64,000 nucleotides of DNA from an uncultured Candidatus Saccharibacteria bacterium (GCA_964348515.1 CAYGDA010000002.1:12752-76751); one strand, 5' to 3'. Shown: positions 49,183 through 60,718, counted from the first letter of the stretch. Notes: generated by a model not told the origin, from the sequence alone. Program-made: numbers and translations.

Positions 49183-49788
49183 ATGCCCGTATATAAAAAA
49201 GCTGATGGGTTTACCCTGGTGGAAGTACTCGTGGCTATTTCTCTCTTCGCTTTGGTTATGATTACGGTATTAGACGTGCTTCTGCAGTTTGGAGCTGTCC
49301 ACAAAAGGTCTTTATCCAGTCACGAAGCTTACGACAACATAGGTTTTACAATGGAAACAATGTCCAGGAATATCCTCCTTGGGTACAATTACCATTGCGG
49401 TTCGACCGGTACTATCGGTTCTCCGCAGGATTGCGGAGCCGGCCTCTCAAGCAATTTCATAGCTTTTGAAGGACAGGACGGCGACGTAAGTAACTCTACG
49501 GACCAGGTGATTTATTGCTTGGATACCGTAAGCCACCAAGTATTACGTTCCACTATCGGTTCCTCCGCCGGGGCTTGTTCCATCGCTAATGCCAATTACG
49601 TTCCTATTTCTTCGCAAAACCTCCAGGTAGATGATTTAAAATTTTTTGTGAGCGGTACCAGTCCGTCGGACAATTTTCAACCAAAAGCCACAATAGTCGT
49701 TTCCGGAGTCACTAAACTTCCTAAGACCCAACTTAACACATCGTTTTTCTTTGAGACCACGGTCAGCCAGAGAATCCTTGATTTATAA
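49183..49788 (+). CDS. Minor pilin / pseudopilin
   Basis: DG|FTLVEVLVAISLFALV. Confidence 0.7.
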   Translation: MPVYKKADGFTLVEVLVAISLFALVMITVLDVLLQFGAVHKRSLSSHEAYDNIGFTMETMSRNILLGYNYHCGSTGTIGSPQDCGAGLSSNFIAFEGQDGDVSNSTDQVIYCLDTVSHQVLRSTIGSSAGACSIANANYVPISSQNLQVDDLKFFVSGTSPSDNFQPKATIVVSGVTKLPKTQLNTSFFFETTVSQRILDL

Positions 49789-49791
49789 AAA

Positions 49792-50372
49792 ATGGAAACA
49801 ATGAATAACAAAAAAAGAACGACCGGCAAAAATATCCCAAAAAGGGGATTTACTCTGGTGGAGGTTCTCGTTTCTATTTCTATTCTTGTTGTTGCCATAA
49901 CCGCCCCGCTTGTTTTCGTCTCCGCCAGCGTTTCCTACGGCAGAACCGCCAAATATGAGACAACCGCGACTTATCTTGCCCAGGAGGCGATTGAAGCACT
50001 AAGGAACGAGCGTGACCGCGCGACACTAAACGGCGGGGGCTGGGGCGGGTTTTTGTCGGCTCTCGGGTCTCCCTCGGCAAGTTGTTTTTCCGCTTCAGGC
50101 TGCTTGGTTGATGTGGCTGCCCAGCTTGAAAGTCCGGCTGCCGCGCCGCTTATATCCGCATGTTCGGGTGCGTGCAGTATTCTTTATAAAAACAGCATAA
50201 CCAATCTTTATTCTTACAGATCCAGTCCACCGTGGGCGCCGACGACATTTACCCGCACCGTAAAAGTGGTTTCAATAGACGCAAACGAGCTGAAAATAAC
50301 CTCTATCGTAAGCTGGGCGACGACAACGGGGACAAGCCAGACCACCCTTACGGAATTTTTAAGAAATTGGCA

Positions 50373-50376
<4 letters not shown>
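49792..50376 (+). CDS. Minor pilin / pseudopilin
   Basis: RG|FTLVEVLVSISILVVAI. Confidence 0.7.
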
Positions 50377-52893
<2,517 letters not shown>

Positions 52894-52993
52894 AATATTT
52901 GCAGCGGCAAATCAGATATAGCAATTTCACACGGTTGACAAGATTGCCCGCGGATTGTATTTTTTGATTAGGTAAAACGAACAGGGGGTGGAG

Positions 52994-53173
52994 ATGAAGA
53001 TAAACAAGACTGTTACCGCGGTCGCTCTCGCGGTGGTCCTGGCCGTAACCATAGCGCCGTTCGTGTTCATGACGATGGCTGATGACGGCCAAACAAAGAA
53101 ACTCTCGGAAACGAACGACCGCGGCAAGGCCTCAAAAGGGGGAATTGGCCGGTACTCGCTCATCCCAAGATAG
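52994..53173 (+). CDS. Small secreted or membrane protein
   Basis: Strong SD AGGGGGTG 6 nt upstream. N-terminal hydrophobic helix. Confidence 0.35.
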   Translation: MKINKTVTAVALAVVLAVTIAPFVFMTMADDGQTKKLSETNDRGKASKGGIGRYSLIPR

Positions 53174-53234
53174 GTCTCCCTTTAAGGGGGATTTTTTAAT
53201 GTAAACTCAAATATTTTGTGCTAAAATCGCCTTT

Positions 53235-53531
53235 ATGGAACTTTCTATCAAAGAAATAGAAAATCTGGCGTCGCTTTCCAGACTCACCCTTTCTGAGGAG
53301 GAGAAAAAGGTTATGGCTAAAGAGTTTTCTTCTATTTTGGGCTACGTGTCTGAGCTTAAGGAGGCGTTGCCGGAGGCCGCTACCGGGTCGTCTCCTGAAC
53401 TCAGGAATGTCATGCGCGAGGACAAAGTTACGAATGAACCGGGGGTTTACTCAAAGGTTCTTTTGGGCGAGGCTCCGCGTTCAAAAGACGATTATGTGGA
53501 AGTGACACAGGTATTTAATGAAGAAGATTAA
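53235..53531 (+). CDS. gatC: Glu/Asp-tRNA amidotransferase subunit C
   Basis: IENLASLSRLTLSEEEKKVMAKEFSSILGYV. Confidence 0.85.
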   Translation: MELSIKEIENLASLSRLTLSEEEKKVMAKEFSSILGYVSELKEALPEAATGSSPELRNVMREDKVTNEPGVYSKVLLGEAPRSKDDYVEVTQVFNEED

Positions 53532-54942
53532 TCTGAAACTTTTGACAATAGAAAAAGCAGCCGAAGATTTACGCTCCGGGGAATTTTCCGCACGCGAACT
53601 CGCGGAAAATTATTTGGAAAATATATCGGAAAAAAACGACGATATTTTTGCGTATCTGGAAGTTTATGATGACGTGTTGGCACAGGCGGACGAGGCTGAT
53701 AAAAAAATTAAATCAGGGACGGCGACCATTCTTACAGGTATACCACTTGCGGTTAAAGACAATATTTTAATTGAGGGACGCAAGGCAAGCGGCGGTTCAA
53801 AAATACTGGAAAATTACCGTGCCACCTACGATGCCTCCATCATAAAAAAATTGAAGGAAGAGGGCGTCGTGTTTTTGGGCCGCACTAATATGGACGAATT
53901 TGCTATGGGGGGGTCGACGGAAAACTCCGCATACGGCGTCACAAAAAATCCTTTTGACTTAAAGAGGGTTGCCGGCGGTTCTTCCGGCGGTTCCGCCGCC
54001 GCCGTGGCTATGGACGGAGCTTTGTTGGCGCTCGGTTCGGATACAGGGGGCTCAATACGGCAACCGGCGTCTTTTTGCGGCGTGGTTGGATTAAAGACGA
54101 CATACGGAAGCGTTTCCAGACATGGTCTTATGGCAATGGGGTCGTCTTTGGATCAGATAGGGCCTTTCGGAAAGACGGTAAGAGATGCGGAGATACTCTT
54201 TAATGCCCTGTCTTTTAATGATCCTATGGACAGTACCTCTCTTCCTAAAAACATGCGTGAAATTTCCCGCGGGGAAAATAATAAAAAAATAGGCGTACCA
54301 TTTGATTTTATTGAAAGAGACGGAATAGATAAGGAAGTTTTGGAAAATTTTAAGGACACTCTTAAAAAAATGGAGAAACACGGATACGAAATTATCCCTG
54401 TTTCGCTCCCGAATATTTCATACGCGCTTTCCGTGTACTACGTGCTTATGCCAGCGGAGGTATCAAGCAACATGGCCCGCTACGATGGAGTACGCTATGG
54501 CCTTTCTGTTGAAGGCAATTCTCACGCTGACAGTTTTTCAAAAACAAGAGCCGTTGGTTTTGGCGCGGAGGTGCGCCGCAGGATAATGCTTGGAACATAC
54601 GTTCTTTCACACGGCTACTACGATGCTTTTTATGGTAAGGCAAATATGGTGCGTGAAAAAATAAAGGCGGAATTTGCCGAAACGTTCAAAAAAGTTTCCT
54701 GTATAGCCACTCCGACGTCCCCAACGCCGGCGTTTTTGGTCGGAGAGAAATCACAGGATCCTTTGTCTATGTATTTGGCGGATATTTTTACTGTTCCCGC
54801 GAACATTGCGGGTATACCGTCTATTTCCGTACCCTCAGGAAAAACGCATTCAGGATTGCCTTTGGGAATACAATTCACGGCGTCCTATTTGCGTGAGGAC
54901 ATTCTCTTCTCGGCAGGAAAAGACATTGAGGGTATAATTTAA
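53518..54942 (+). CDS. gatA: Glu/Asp-tRNA amidotransferase subunit A
   Basis: Amidase signature GGSSGGSAAAVA. 474 aa. Confidence 0.9.
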   Translation: MKKINLKLLTIEKAAEDLRSGEFSARELAENYLENISEKNDDIFAYLEVYDDVLAQADEADKKIKSGTATILTGIPLAVKDNILIEGRKASGGSKILENYRATYDASIIKKLKEEGVVFLGRTNMDEFAMGGSTENSAYGVTKNPFDLKRVAGGSSGGSAAAVAMDGALLALGSDTGGSIRQPASFCGVVGLKTTYGSVSRHGLMAMGSSLDQIGPFGKTVRDAEILFNALSFNDPMDSTSLPKNMREISRGENNKKIGVPFDFIERDGIDKEVLENFKDTLKKMEKHGYEIIPVSLPNISYALSVYYVLMPAEVSSNMARYDGVRYGLSVEGNSHADSFSKTRAVGFGAEVRRRIMLGTYVLSHGYYDAFYGKANMVREKIKAEFAETFKKVSCIATPTSPTPAFLVGEKSQDPLSMYLADIFTVPANIAGIPSISVPSGKTHSGLPLGIQFTASYLREDILFSAGKDIEGII

Positions 54943-54944
54943 AT

Positions 54945-55739
54945 ATGGACAATCTCGCACAAAGCGTGACCCCCGCAGTGACACCTTCGGACTCTTATAT
55001 TCATTTTTTAAACATTGAATATTTTTTCAATGTTATCTTCCAGGTTATTTTATGGCTGCGTTATGAGATTTTTGGCCCCGTGGAAATACGCAACGCCATA
55101 AATGCATCCGATACCCCTTTGTACACCGCGGAAGAATGGTATTTCAAAATGAAGGGGCTCGGGCAGTCATTCACCTGGACGGATTTCGTGGCTTCCGTAA
55201 AGGATTTTTTCAGCGGATCTCAAAGTCCCGCGGTAACGGAAACACCCAGCCAGGCGGGGGCCTCTTTAAACGCCGGGGACTTGTTTTCTTCGTTCCAAAA
55301 TTTGTTTTCAATAATTTTCTTAATTTTGGTGACTATTATTATGTACAGCCTTGTACGCTGGTGGGAGACCATAAGAGATCAGAAAAAGAAAGTTAAGGAG
55401 ATGCACCGCAAGCCGGAAGAAATAACAGTGTCTAAAAATGAACGCTGGCAAATTGTGCTCAATCATTTAAATTCCGGTAATCCTCCGGAGTGGAGACTCG
55501 CCGTTCTGGAAGCGGATAATATTTTGGCTGAAATTTTGGAAAACCGCGGGTATCAGGGCGAGGGAATAGGGGAGAAACTTACAAACTCCAATTTCAATAC
55601 GATAGAAGATGCCTGGGACGCACACAAAGTGCGTAACCGCATAGCCCACGAGGGAGTTGATTTTGCCCTTACGGAACATGAAGCCAGACGGGTCATTGCT
55701 CTTTACGAACGGGTGTTTATGGAATTCAACGCGATTTAA
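54945..55739 (+). CDS. Membrane protein with C-terminal DUF4145 (HEPN-like, Rx4H) domain
   Basis: Central TM (IIFLILVTIIMYSLV). The C-terminal ~110 aa carry the R-N-R-I-A-H-E motif and the helical pattern of DUF4145/HEPN. Confidence 0.5.
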   Translation: MDNLAQSVTPAVTPSDSYIHFLNIEYFFNVIFQVILWLRYEIFGPVEIRNAINASDTPLYTAEEWYFKMKGLGQSFTWTDFVASVKDFFSGSQSPAVTETPSQAGASLNAGDLFSSFQNLFSIIFLILVTIIMYSLVRWWETIRDQKKKVKEMHRKPEEITVSKNERWQIVLNHLNSGNPPEWRLAVLEADNILAEILENRGYQGEGIGEKLTNSNFNTIEDAWDAHKVRNRIAHEGVDFALTEHEARRVIALYERVFMEFNAI

Positions 55740-56263
55740 GATTTTATTGTTTTGTATTTCTCTGCTGCTTCTCTGACGAATTTTTCAATATTAAACTTGC
55801 CGGGGTTTTCGCATATATATCCATATCCAAGAGGAAGACCGCCCAAGCTGACTTCAAAATTAATATAGGAATAATTGTCAGGGTGTTTGGCAAGTTTGCC
55901 TCCGTTTTCCCACCGCGCGACAACATTTAACTCATGGTCTATTTCCTGCAGGCGGCTGCGCACATCGTTTTCAAGCCTCTCGCGCACGGTTTCAAGATAT
56001 TGCTTCTTTATTTCACTGAACACGTTTTCCTGGTCAAATTCGCCAGGGTCAGCATATGTATGTTTGTAAATAAGTTCGCCACTGTAGGCAGCCTCAATGT
56101 TTAAAGATCCGTCAAAATAAACGGTTACACCGAGATTTTTATCCAGGTCGGAAAGTTTGTCGCGCATATCCTGTTCTGTTTCTTTGCGGAACTTTTCAGG
56201 TATAAGTTTTTCTTCCTCGCTGTCCGGCAAAAAGGGGATTCTCTCGGAGAAATTCATATACAT
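55736..56263 (-). CDS. Hypothetical protein
   Basis: Start moved to MYMNFSER, because the track ORF runs into tRNA-Asp. No recognisable domain. Confidence 0.45.
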   Translation of the reverse strand: MYMNFSERIPFLPDSEEEKLIPEKFRKETEQDMRDKLSDLDKNLGVTVYFDGSLNIEAAYSGELIYKHTYADPGEFDQENVFSEIKKQYLETVRERLENDVRSRLQEIDHELNVVARWENGGKLAKHPDNYSYINFEVSLGGLPLGYGYICENPGKFNIEKFVREAAEKYKTIKS

Positions 56264-56333
56264 ACGATACTTTCTCCCGGTTTTTTTTGCAATTAAAAAC
56301 AAAACGGTACAAAACCGCTTTGTTTTGAATCTG

Positions 56334-56407
56334 CGCGGCCAACCGGGCTCGAACCGGCAACCTCCCGCGTGACAGGCGGGTGCTCTAACCAATTGAGCTA
56401 TGGCCGC
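56334..56407 (-). tRNA. tRNA-Asp(GUC)
   Basis: Reverse complement: GCGGCCA-TA-GCTC-AATTGGTT-AGAGC-A-CCCGC-CTGTCAC-GCGGG-AGGTT-GCCGG-TTCGAGC-CCGGT-TGGCCGC-G. Confidence 0.9.
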
Positions 56408-56444
56408 AATCCGTATATTGGAATATACGCCGTTTTTAAACGGG

Positions 56445-56518
56445 TGTCGGCGGCTGGGATCGAACCAGCGACCTAGGGCTTATGAGTCCCTCGCTCTAAC
56501 CAACTGAGCTACGCCGAC
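56445..56518 (-). tRNA. tRNA-Met(CAU) elongator (or tRNA-Ile2 if lysidinylated)
   Basis: Reverse complement: GTCGGCG-TA-GCTC-AGTTGGTT-AGAGC...CTCATAA...GCTGG-TTCGATC-CCAGC-CGCCGAC-A. Positions 1 and 72 are paired, so it is not an initiator. Confidence 0.75.
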
Positions 56519-56631
56519 TAAAACAAATTTTTCTAAAATTTGTTCGCCCGGCTCGTGCCCTTTGGGACACGAGCTTAGGACGTAATCCTGGGCGTCTTGC
56601 ACTCTTCGTGTCTGTCACCCACGATTACTTG

Positions 56632-56703
<72 letters not shown>

Positions 56704-56780
56704 ATGTGTGAACATTAAACTGCGTTGAACTTTACGAGCTTGGTTCATAACCTTGGTTATTCGCGCCGTAAGTCCTTTCG

Positions 56781-56805
56781 GAGCTACCGCTGCTCCATCC
56801 CGCTA
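56781..56805 (-). repeat. Exact 25-nt duplicate of the 5' segment of tRNA-fMet
   Basis: gagctaccgctgctccatcccgcta occurs at 56680-56704 (inside the gene) and again at 56781-56805. Confidence 0.85.
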
Positions 56806-56950
56806 CACTTAAACACTATTTTTCTATCTAAAAAAGCCCCAAACGAGCTTGCAACCATAGTACCTATATTATGGAAAAAATCAAGCCCAAAAGACGGGTT
56901 TGTCTAGAAAATATAGCGTATTATGTTATAATCGCCGTGTTTAAAAATAA

Positions 56951-57026
56951 GCCAATGTAGCTCAGTTGGTAGAGCACATCCATGGTAAGGATGAGGTCAC
57001 CGGTTCGATCCCGGTCGTTGGCTCCA
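56951..57026 (+). tRNA. tRNA-Thr(GGU)
   Basis: GCCAATG-TA-GCTC-AGTTGGTA-GAGC-A-CATCC-ATGGTAA-GGATG-AGGTC-ACCGG-TTCGATC-CCGGT-CGTTGGC-T-CCA. Confidence 0.85.
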
Positions 57027-57046
57027 GGGCAAAGTGCCCCATAAAA

Positions 57047-57066
57047 GCCGGAGTAGCTCAGTTGGC
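57047..57066 (+). repeat. Exact 20-nt copy of the 5' end of tRNA-Thr(CGU)
   Basis: gccggagtagctcagttggc is identical to 57121-57140. It is followed by a 54-nt spacer containing a ggtcatt/aatgacc hairpin. Confidence 0.85.
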
Positions 57067-57120
57067 GGGTCATTTCATTCAGCAGAATGACCTACTGGGT
57101 CGCTCGCGTGTCCTGTTGGA

Positions 57121-57196
57121 GCCGGAGTAGCTCAGTTGGCAGAGCATCTCACTCGTAACGAGAAGGTCGCCAGTTCGATTCTGGCCTCCGGCTCCA
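57121..57196 (+). tRNA. tRNA-Thr(CGU)
   Basis: GCCGGAG-TA-GCTC-AGTTGGCA-GAGC-A-TCTCA-CTCGTAA-CGAGA-AGGTC-GCCAG-TTCGATT-CTGGC-CTCCGGC-T-CCA. Confidence 0.85.
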
Positions 57197-57203
57197 ACAG
57201 GAT

Positions 57204-57243
57204 AACGAGAATGTCGCCAGTTCGATTCTGGCCTCTGGCTCCA
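57204..57243 (+). repeat. 40-nt near-exact (38/40) copy of the 3' part of tRNA-Thr(CGU)
   Basis: aacgagaaTgtcgccagttcgattctggcctcTggctcca compared with tRNA nt 37-76 at 57157-57196. It begins 7 nt after the complete gene. Confidence 0.85.
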
Positions 57244-57256
57244 TAAATTATATTCA

Positions 57257-57388
57257 CTAAGATAAAATCTGGACTATAAGAGCAATAAGCGCGATGACCA
57301 GGAGGGTGTGAATGAGGTTGCCTCCCACTTGAAAGCCAAACCCGAGGAGCCAAAGAACGAATAAAATTATAACGATTGTCTTGAACAT
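57257..57388 (-). CDS. lmo0937-family small membrane protein (43 aa)
   Basis: MFKTIVIILFVLWLLGFGFQVGGNLIHTLLVIALIALIVQILS matches the LWLLGF...GG.LIH.LLVIA pattern of this family. Below the ORF-track size cutoff. Confidence 0.5.
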   Translation of the reverse strand: MFKTIVIILFVLWLLGFGFQVGGNLIHTLLVIALIALIVQILS

Positions 57389-57393
57389 GATTT

Positions 57394-57879
57394 TTATTTT
57401 GTCGTGAATGTTAAGCGGTCTCCACGGATAGTGCCGAGATTGTTTTTAGCCACGACACGGAAATAATAAGTGGTTTTTGAGTTAAGATTGGAGATATTTG
57501 TTCTAACCGAAGTCACGCTTGAATTTGCGCCTGCTCTCACGGGATTTGTTGTTTTTATTAATGCTGATCCTAAGAGGGGATCAGTACTGTATTCGAACCA
57601 ATAAGTAGTTTCTGATCCGTTTGGATTAATTGTGCCGCGCAGTGTCGCGGTTGAAGTATTTATGCTGCTGGCGTTCTGCGTGGTGGCCACAGGCGCGGTC
57701 GCCACAGAGGAAACAGAAGTCTTAAAGTTTAAGATTGTGCCGTTCACAACGCCGAATTTATTTTGGGAATCAAGGCGGAAGTAATACGTGGTATTTGGTT
57801 CAAGACCCGATAGAGATGCGGAGGCGGATATGTTGTTGTTGCCGATAAAGAATAATAAAAAGCGTTTGTTGTTGCGCAT
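57394..57879 (-). CDS. Secreted protein with two fibronectin type III-like domains
   Basis: Signal peptide. EPNTTYYFRL...FKT and TTYYFRVVAKNNLG...TFTT match FN3 C-terminal strands. Confidence 0.6.
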   Translation of the reverse strand: MRNNKRFLLFFIGNNNISASASLSGLEPNTTYYFRLDSQNKFGVVNGTILNFKTSVSSVATAPVATTQNASSINTSTATLRGTINPNGSETTYWFEYSTDPLLGSALIKTTNPVRAGANSSVTSVRTNISNLNSKTTYYFRVVAKNNLGTIRGDRLTFTTK

Positions 57880-58191
57880 TTATTTTGATAGATTTTCACT
57901 AGTATATTTGTGGAGATAGACCTATGAACTTTTTCAGTTCAATGGAGTATGCTCTTTGCGTTGGCACGCCCAAGTCCCCGCCGGGACCAGCAAAGACCGG
58001 AAATTTTGTCTGGCCGAAAGAGTTTCGCGATCCAGTGGACGCCGCGCTCCATTTAAGTACTCCGCGTTCGGTGTCCCGGTCGGACAAAGCATTGCCGGAG
58101 AATTGGGGGACAGGGTTTTTCCAGGAAGGATAGTGCTGTATGCGCCCACAACATGGGCGCTTTTTGTTTGTGTTAGAATTACAGCTACTTT

Positions 58192-58788
58192 ATGGCGGAT
58201 TTTCCTCTTGAAAAAATACTTGAATTTTCCCGGCTTCTTAATAAATTTCGTTTGGAAAAAAGAGTTGTGCGGGTTAACGGCGAAGACAGGCAGGAAAATG
58301 ATGTTGAGCACAGCTATCAATTGGCAATGCTGACATGGTTTCTGATTGACTCCGGAAAATTAAAATTAGACAGGGACCTGGCGGTTTCTTACGCTCTGGT
58401 TCACGATTTGGTGGAAGTGTATGCCGGCGATACTTATATTTATACGGAAGATTTGAAACATAAAGAATCAAAAGATGAGAGGGAGGCCGATGCCGCGAAA
58501 CGCATAGCTTCCGAATTTCCCGAGTTTGGCGAATTACATAAACTGATTGAAAATTATGAACACAGGGAAGATCCTGAAAGCAGATTTGTTTACGCCCTTG
58601 ATAAAATTCAGCCCATTATAAATATTTATCTGGACGGCGGGCATAATTGGAGAGAAAGGTCGGTGACCCTTCCAATGCTTGTTGAGAACAAAAAAGATAA
58701 GGTAAAACTTTCCCCTGAGGTGGAGAAAATTTATAACGAACTGTTCGCCATGCTTAAAGACAGGGAAAAAGAACTTTTTGGGGCGTAG
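58192..58788 (+). CDS. HD-domain phosphohydrolase (YfbR-like 5'-deoxynucleotidase family)
   Basis: H..(EHS)...HD(LVHDLVE)...D metal-binding pattern. Confidence 0.7.
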   Translation: MADFPLEKILEFSRLLNKFRLEKRVVRVNGEDRQENDVEHSYQLAMLTWFLIDSGKLKLDRDLAVSYALVHDLVEVYAGDTYIYTEDLKHKESKDEREADAAKRIASEFPEFGELHKLIENYEHREDPESRFVYALDKIQPIINIYLDGGHNWRERSVTLPMLVENKKDKVKLSPEVEKIYNELFAMLKDREKELFGA

Positions 58789-58809
58789 CTTGCGGATAGG
58801 TGCCAGGCA

Positions 58810-59706
58810 ATGTACTTTTTATATATGCACGACAAGGATGACACAGAAGAGAAAATAAAGGAGATAGAAGCGCTTATGGCCTCAAACGATTTTTGGAATG
58901 ACCGTGAAAGGGCGCAGGCCGCCGTTAAGGAGCTTCAGGAACTGAAAGCAAAGCGCGAGGGGGTGAGAGCCTACGACCGCGGGAACGCCATCCTTACGAT
59001 TCTCTCAGGAGCCGGCGGGGATGATGCTGAAGATTTTTCAAATATGCTTCTGGGTATGTATTTCGCTTTTCTCGGGAAAATGGGTTGGTCCTACAAAGTT
59101 CTCCACGAAAATAAAAATGACCACGGCGGATACAGAAATATAACTATAGAGATAGAAGGCAAGAACGCTTACGGGACACTGAAAAAAGAATCAGGTGTAC
59201 ACAGGCTTGTGCGTATCTCTCCGTTTAACGCCAAGAAACTCCGCCACACTTCTTTTTCTATGGTTGAGATATTGCCAAAACTGCCGAAGGCGGGGGTTAT
59301 TGATATTCCGCCGGAGGAACTTCGCGTTGAATTCAGCAAATCGTCAGGTCCGGGCGGGCAAAATGTAAACAAGCGCGAGACGGCAGTACGCGTTGTGCAT
59401 ATACCGACAAACATTGCGGTGCACGCCGAGTCTGAACGCTCCCAGGAACAAAACCGCGAGAAAGCGCTTGAAATTTTGAAGGGAAAACTTTTTAAACTTG
59501 AAGAAGAACATCGTGAAGCGACAATGAAGGGAATGCAAATTTCAAAGACGACTGAAATAGAATGGGGGAATCAGATACGCTCATACGTTTTGCATCCGTA
59601 CAAAATGGTTAAAGACCATCGAACTGGCGCGGAAACGAGCGATGTTACGGGGGTTTTGGAGAGGGGAGACATTGAGCTATTTTTGGAAGCGGAGAAGAAT
59701 TTGTAA
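58810..59706 (+). CDS. prfB: Peptide chain release factor 2 (short N-domain form)
   Basis: SPF tripeptide (ISPFNAKK), GGQ (SGPGGQNVNKRETAVR) and a C-terminal WGNQIRSYVLHPY. 298 aa. No CTT-TGA-C frameshift site was found. Confidence 0.85.
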   Translation: MYFLYMHDKDDTEEKIKEIEALMASNDFWNDRERAQAAVKELQELKAKREGVRAYDRGNAILTILSGAGGDDAEDFSNMLLGMYFAFLGKMGWSYKVLHENKNDHGGYRNITIEIEGKNAYGTLKKESGVHRLVRISPFNAKKLRHTSFSMVEILPKLPKAGVIDIPPEELRVEFSKSSGPGGQNVNKRETAVRVVHIPTNIAVHAESERSQEQNREKALEILKGKLFKLEEEHREATMKGMQISKTTEIEWGNQIRSYVLHPYKMVKDHRTGAETSDVTGVLERGDIELFLEAEKNL

Positions 59707-59720
59707 GGACTTTCTTGGGC

Positions 59721-59748
59721 TTGCTTTTTGGCTGATTCCTGCTATAAT
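59721..59748 (+). promoter_or_regulatory. Candidate sigma70 promoter (TTGCTT-16-TATAAT) for an intergenic transcript
   Basis: Sequence match only. Confidence 0.35.
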
Positions 59749-59941
59749 ACGAGAGTGGTTCGGGTTTAGATTTTCAGATACAAAAGGTCGCTACGCGACC
59801 AAAACTACACCCCGGGAACAAATTTCTCCCCTCTGCCCGCCCACACCTGCTCTTTACTACCCCGTTTCTTCGCTGCTACGCTTCTTTCTTCTAGCGTGGC
59901 AATCTTTATCGCCCACAGCCCGCCCGGCCTAAGCGACCTTC

Positions 59942-59990
59942 ACAGCCTTGCGCCCCCCATAACGCAAGGCTGTCCTTTTTTATGCCGGGA
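59942..59990 (+). terminator. Intrinsic terminator
   Basis: acagccttgcg-ccccccataa-cgcaaggctgt hairpin with an 11-bp stem, followed by CCTTTTTTAT. Confidence 0.65.
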
Positions 59991-60034
59991 ACCTAAGTTT
60001 TGGATGGGGCACTTTTTATACTATAATTGCGGCA

Positions 60035-60718
60035 ATGATCCGTTACGAAAAGGTTTCAAAAGCTTACGGCCGCGACGTTAAGGTTTTAGATGACGTCAAT
60101 TTTCAAATCTTCCCGGCCGAGTTTGTCTCCATTGTCGGCCATTCCGGTGCCGGCAAAACCACTCTAATAAAACTTCTCTTGGCCGAAGAAAAACCGACCG
60201 AAGGCGCGGTTTTTTATGACAGCCTGGCAATACACAAATTGCCTCACAGTAAAATCACGGAATTCCGCAGAAAGGTGGGTGTGGTATTCCAGGAATACCG
60301 GCTTTTGCCGAACAAGACCGCTTACGAAAATATTGCTTTTGCCATGGAAGCTTCCGGCAAAACAGACGAGGAAATACGTTCTGATGTGCCTCACGTACTT
60401 GAGTTGGTTGATTTGGGGCACAAACTGCACAGTTTCCCCGGACAGCTCTCCGGCGGGGAGCGTCAGCGCATAGCTATTGCCCGCGCCATCATTAATCGTC
60501 CCGACATAATTGTTGCCGATGAACCGACGGGCAGTCTGGACCCCGTAAACACCCACGAGATAGTTCAGATTCTTAAAAAAATAAACGACCTTGGCACTAC
60601 TGTAATTTTAGCCACTCACAACAAAGGAGTAATAGACTCATTGGGGAGGCGTGTCATTACCATGGAAAGGGGTAAAATAGTACGTGACGATAAGGTTGGT
60701 AAATACAGCTTAAAATAA
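60035..60718 (+). CDS. ftsE: Cell-division ABC ATPase FtsE
   Basis: Walker A GHSGAGKTT, signature LSGGERQR, Walker B IIVADEPT. A TATAAT lies 7 nt before the ATG, suggesting a leaderless or short leader. Confidence 0.9.
   Translation: MIRYEKVSKAYGRDVKVLDDVNFQIFPAEFVSIVGHSGAGKTTLIKLLLAEEKPTEGAVFYDSLAIHKLPHSKITEFRRKVGVVFQEYRLLPNKTAYENIAFAMEASGKTDEEIRSDVPHVLELVDLGHKLHSFPGQLSGGERQRIAIARAIINRPDIIVADEPTGSLDPVNTHEIVQILKKINDLGTTVILATHNKGVIDSLGRRVITMERGKIVRDDKVGKYSLK

Noticed and set aside
55736-56392. Full-length track ORF on the minus strand running through tRNA-Asp
   Set aside because: The 5' 130 nt overlap tRNA-Asp (56334-56407). The internal Met at 56263 gives a sensible start.
57067-57120. 54-nt spacer between the tRNA-Thr(CGU) 5' fragment and the full gene as a possible tRNA intron or split tRNA
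   Set aside because: Fragment plus spacer does not fold into a cloverleaf, because there is no 3' D-stem strand. It is too short for a group I intron. The downstream copy is a complete, canonical tRNA on its own.
57132-57353. 73-codon minus-strand ORF overlapping tRNA-Thr genes
   Set aside because: It is antisense to two tRNAs and their repeats and has no coding features. The real small gene in this interval is the 43-aa lmo0937-family ORF (57257-57388).
58740-58830. Search for the RF2 programmed +1 frameshift site (CTT TGA C) and short upstream frame
   Set aside because: Neither the 0 nor the -1 frame upstream of 58810 contains a start followed by CTTTGAC. Frame 0 has stops at 58755 and 58797. 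I concluded that prfB starts at ATG 58810.
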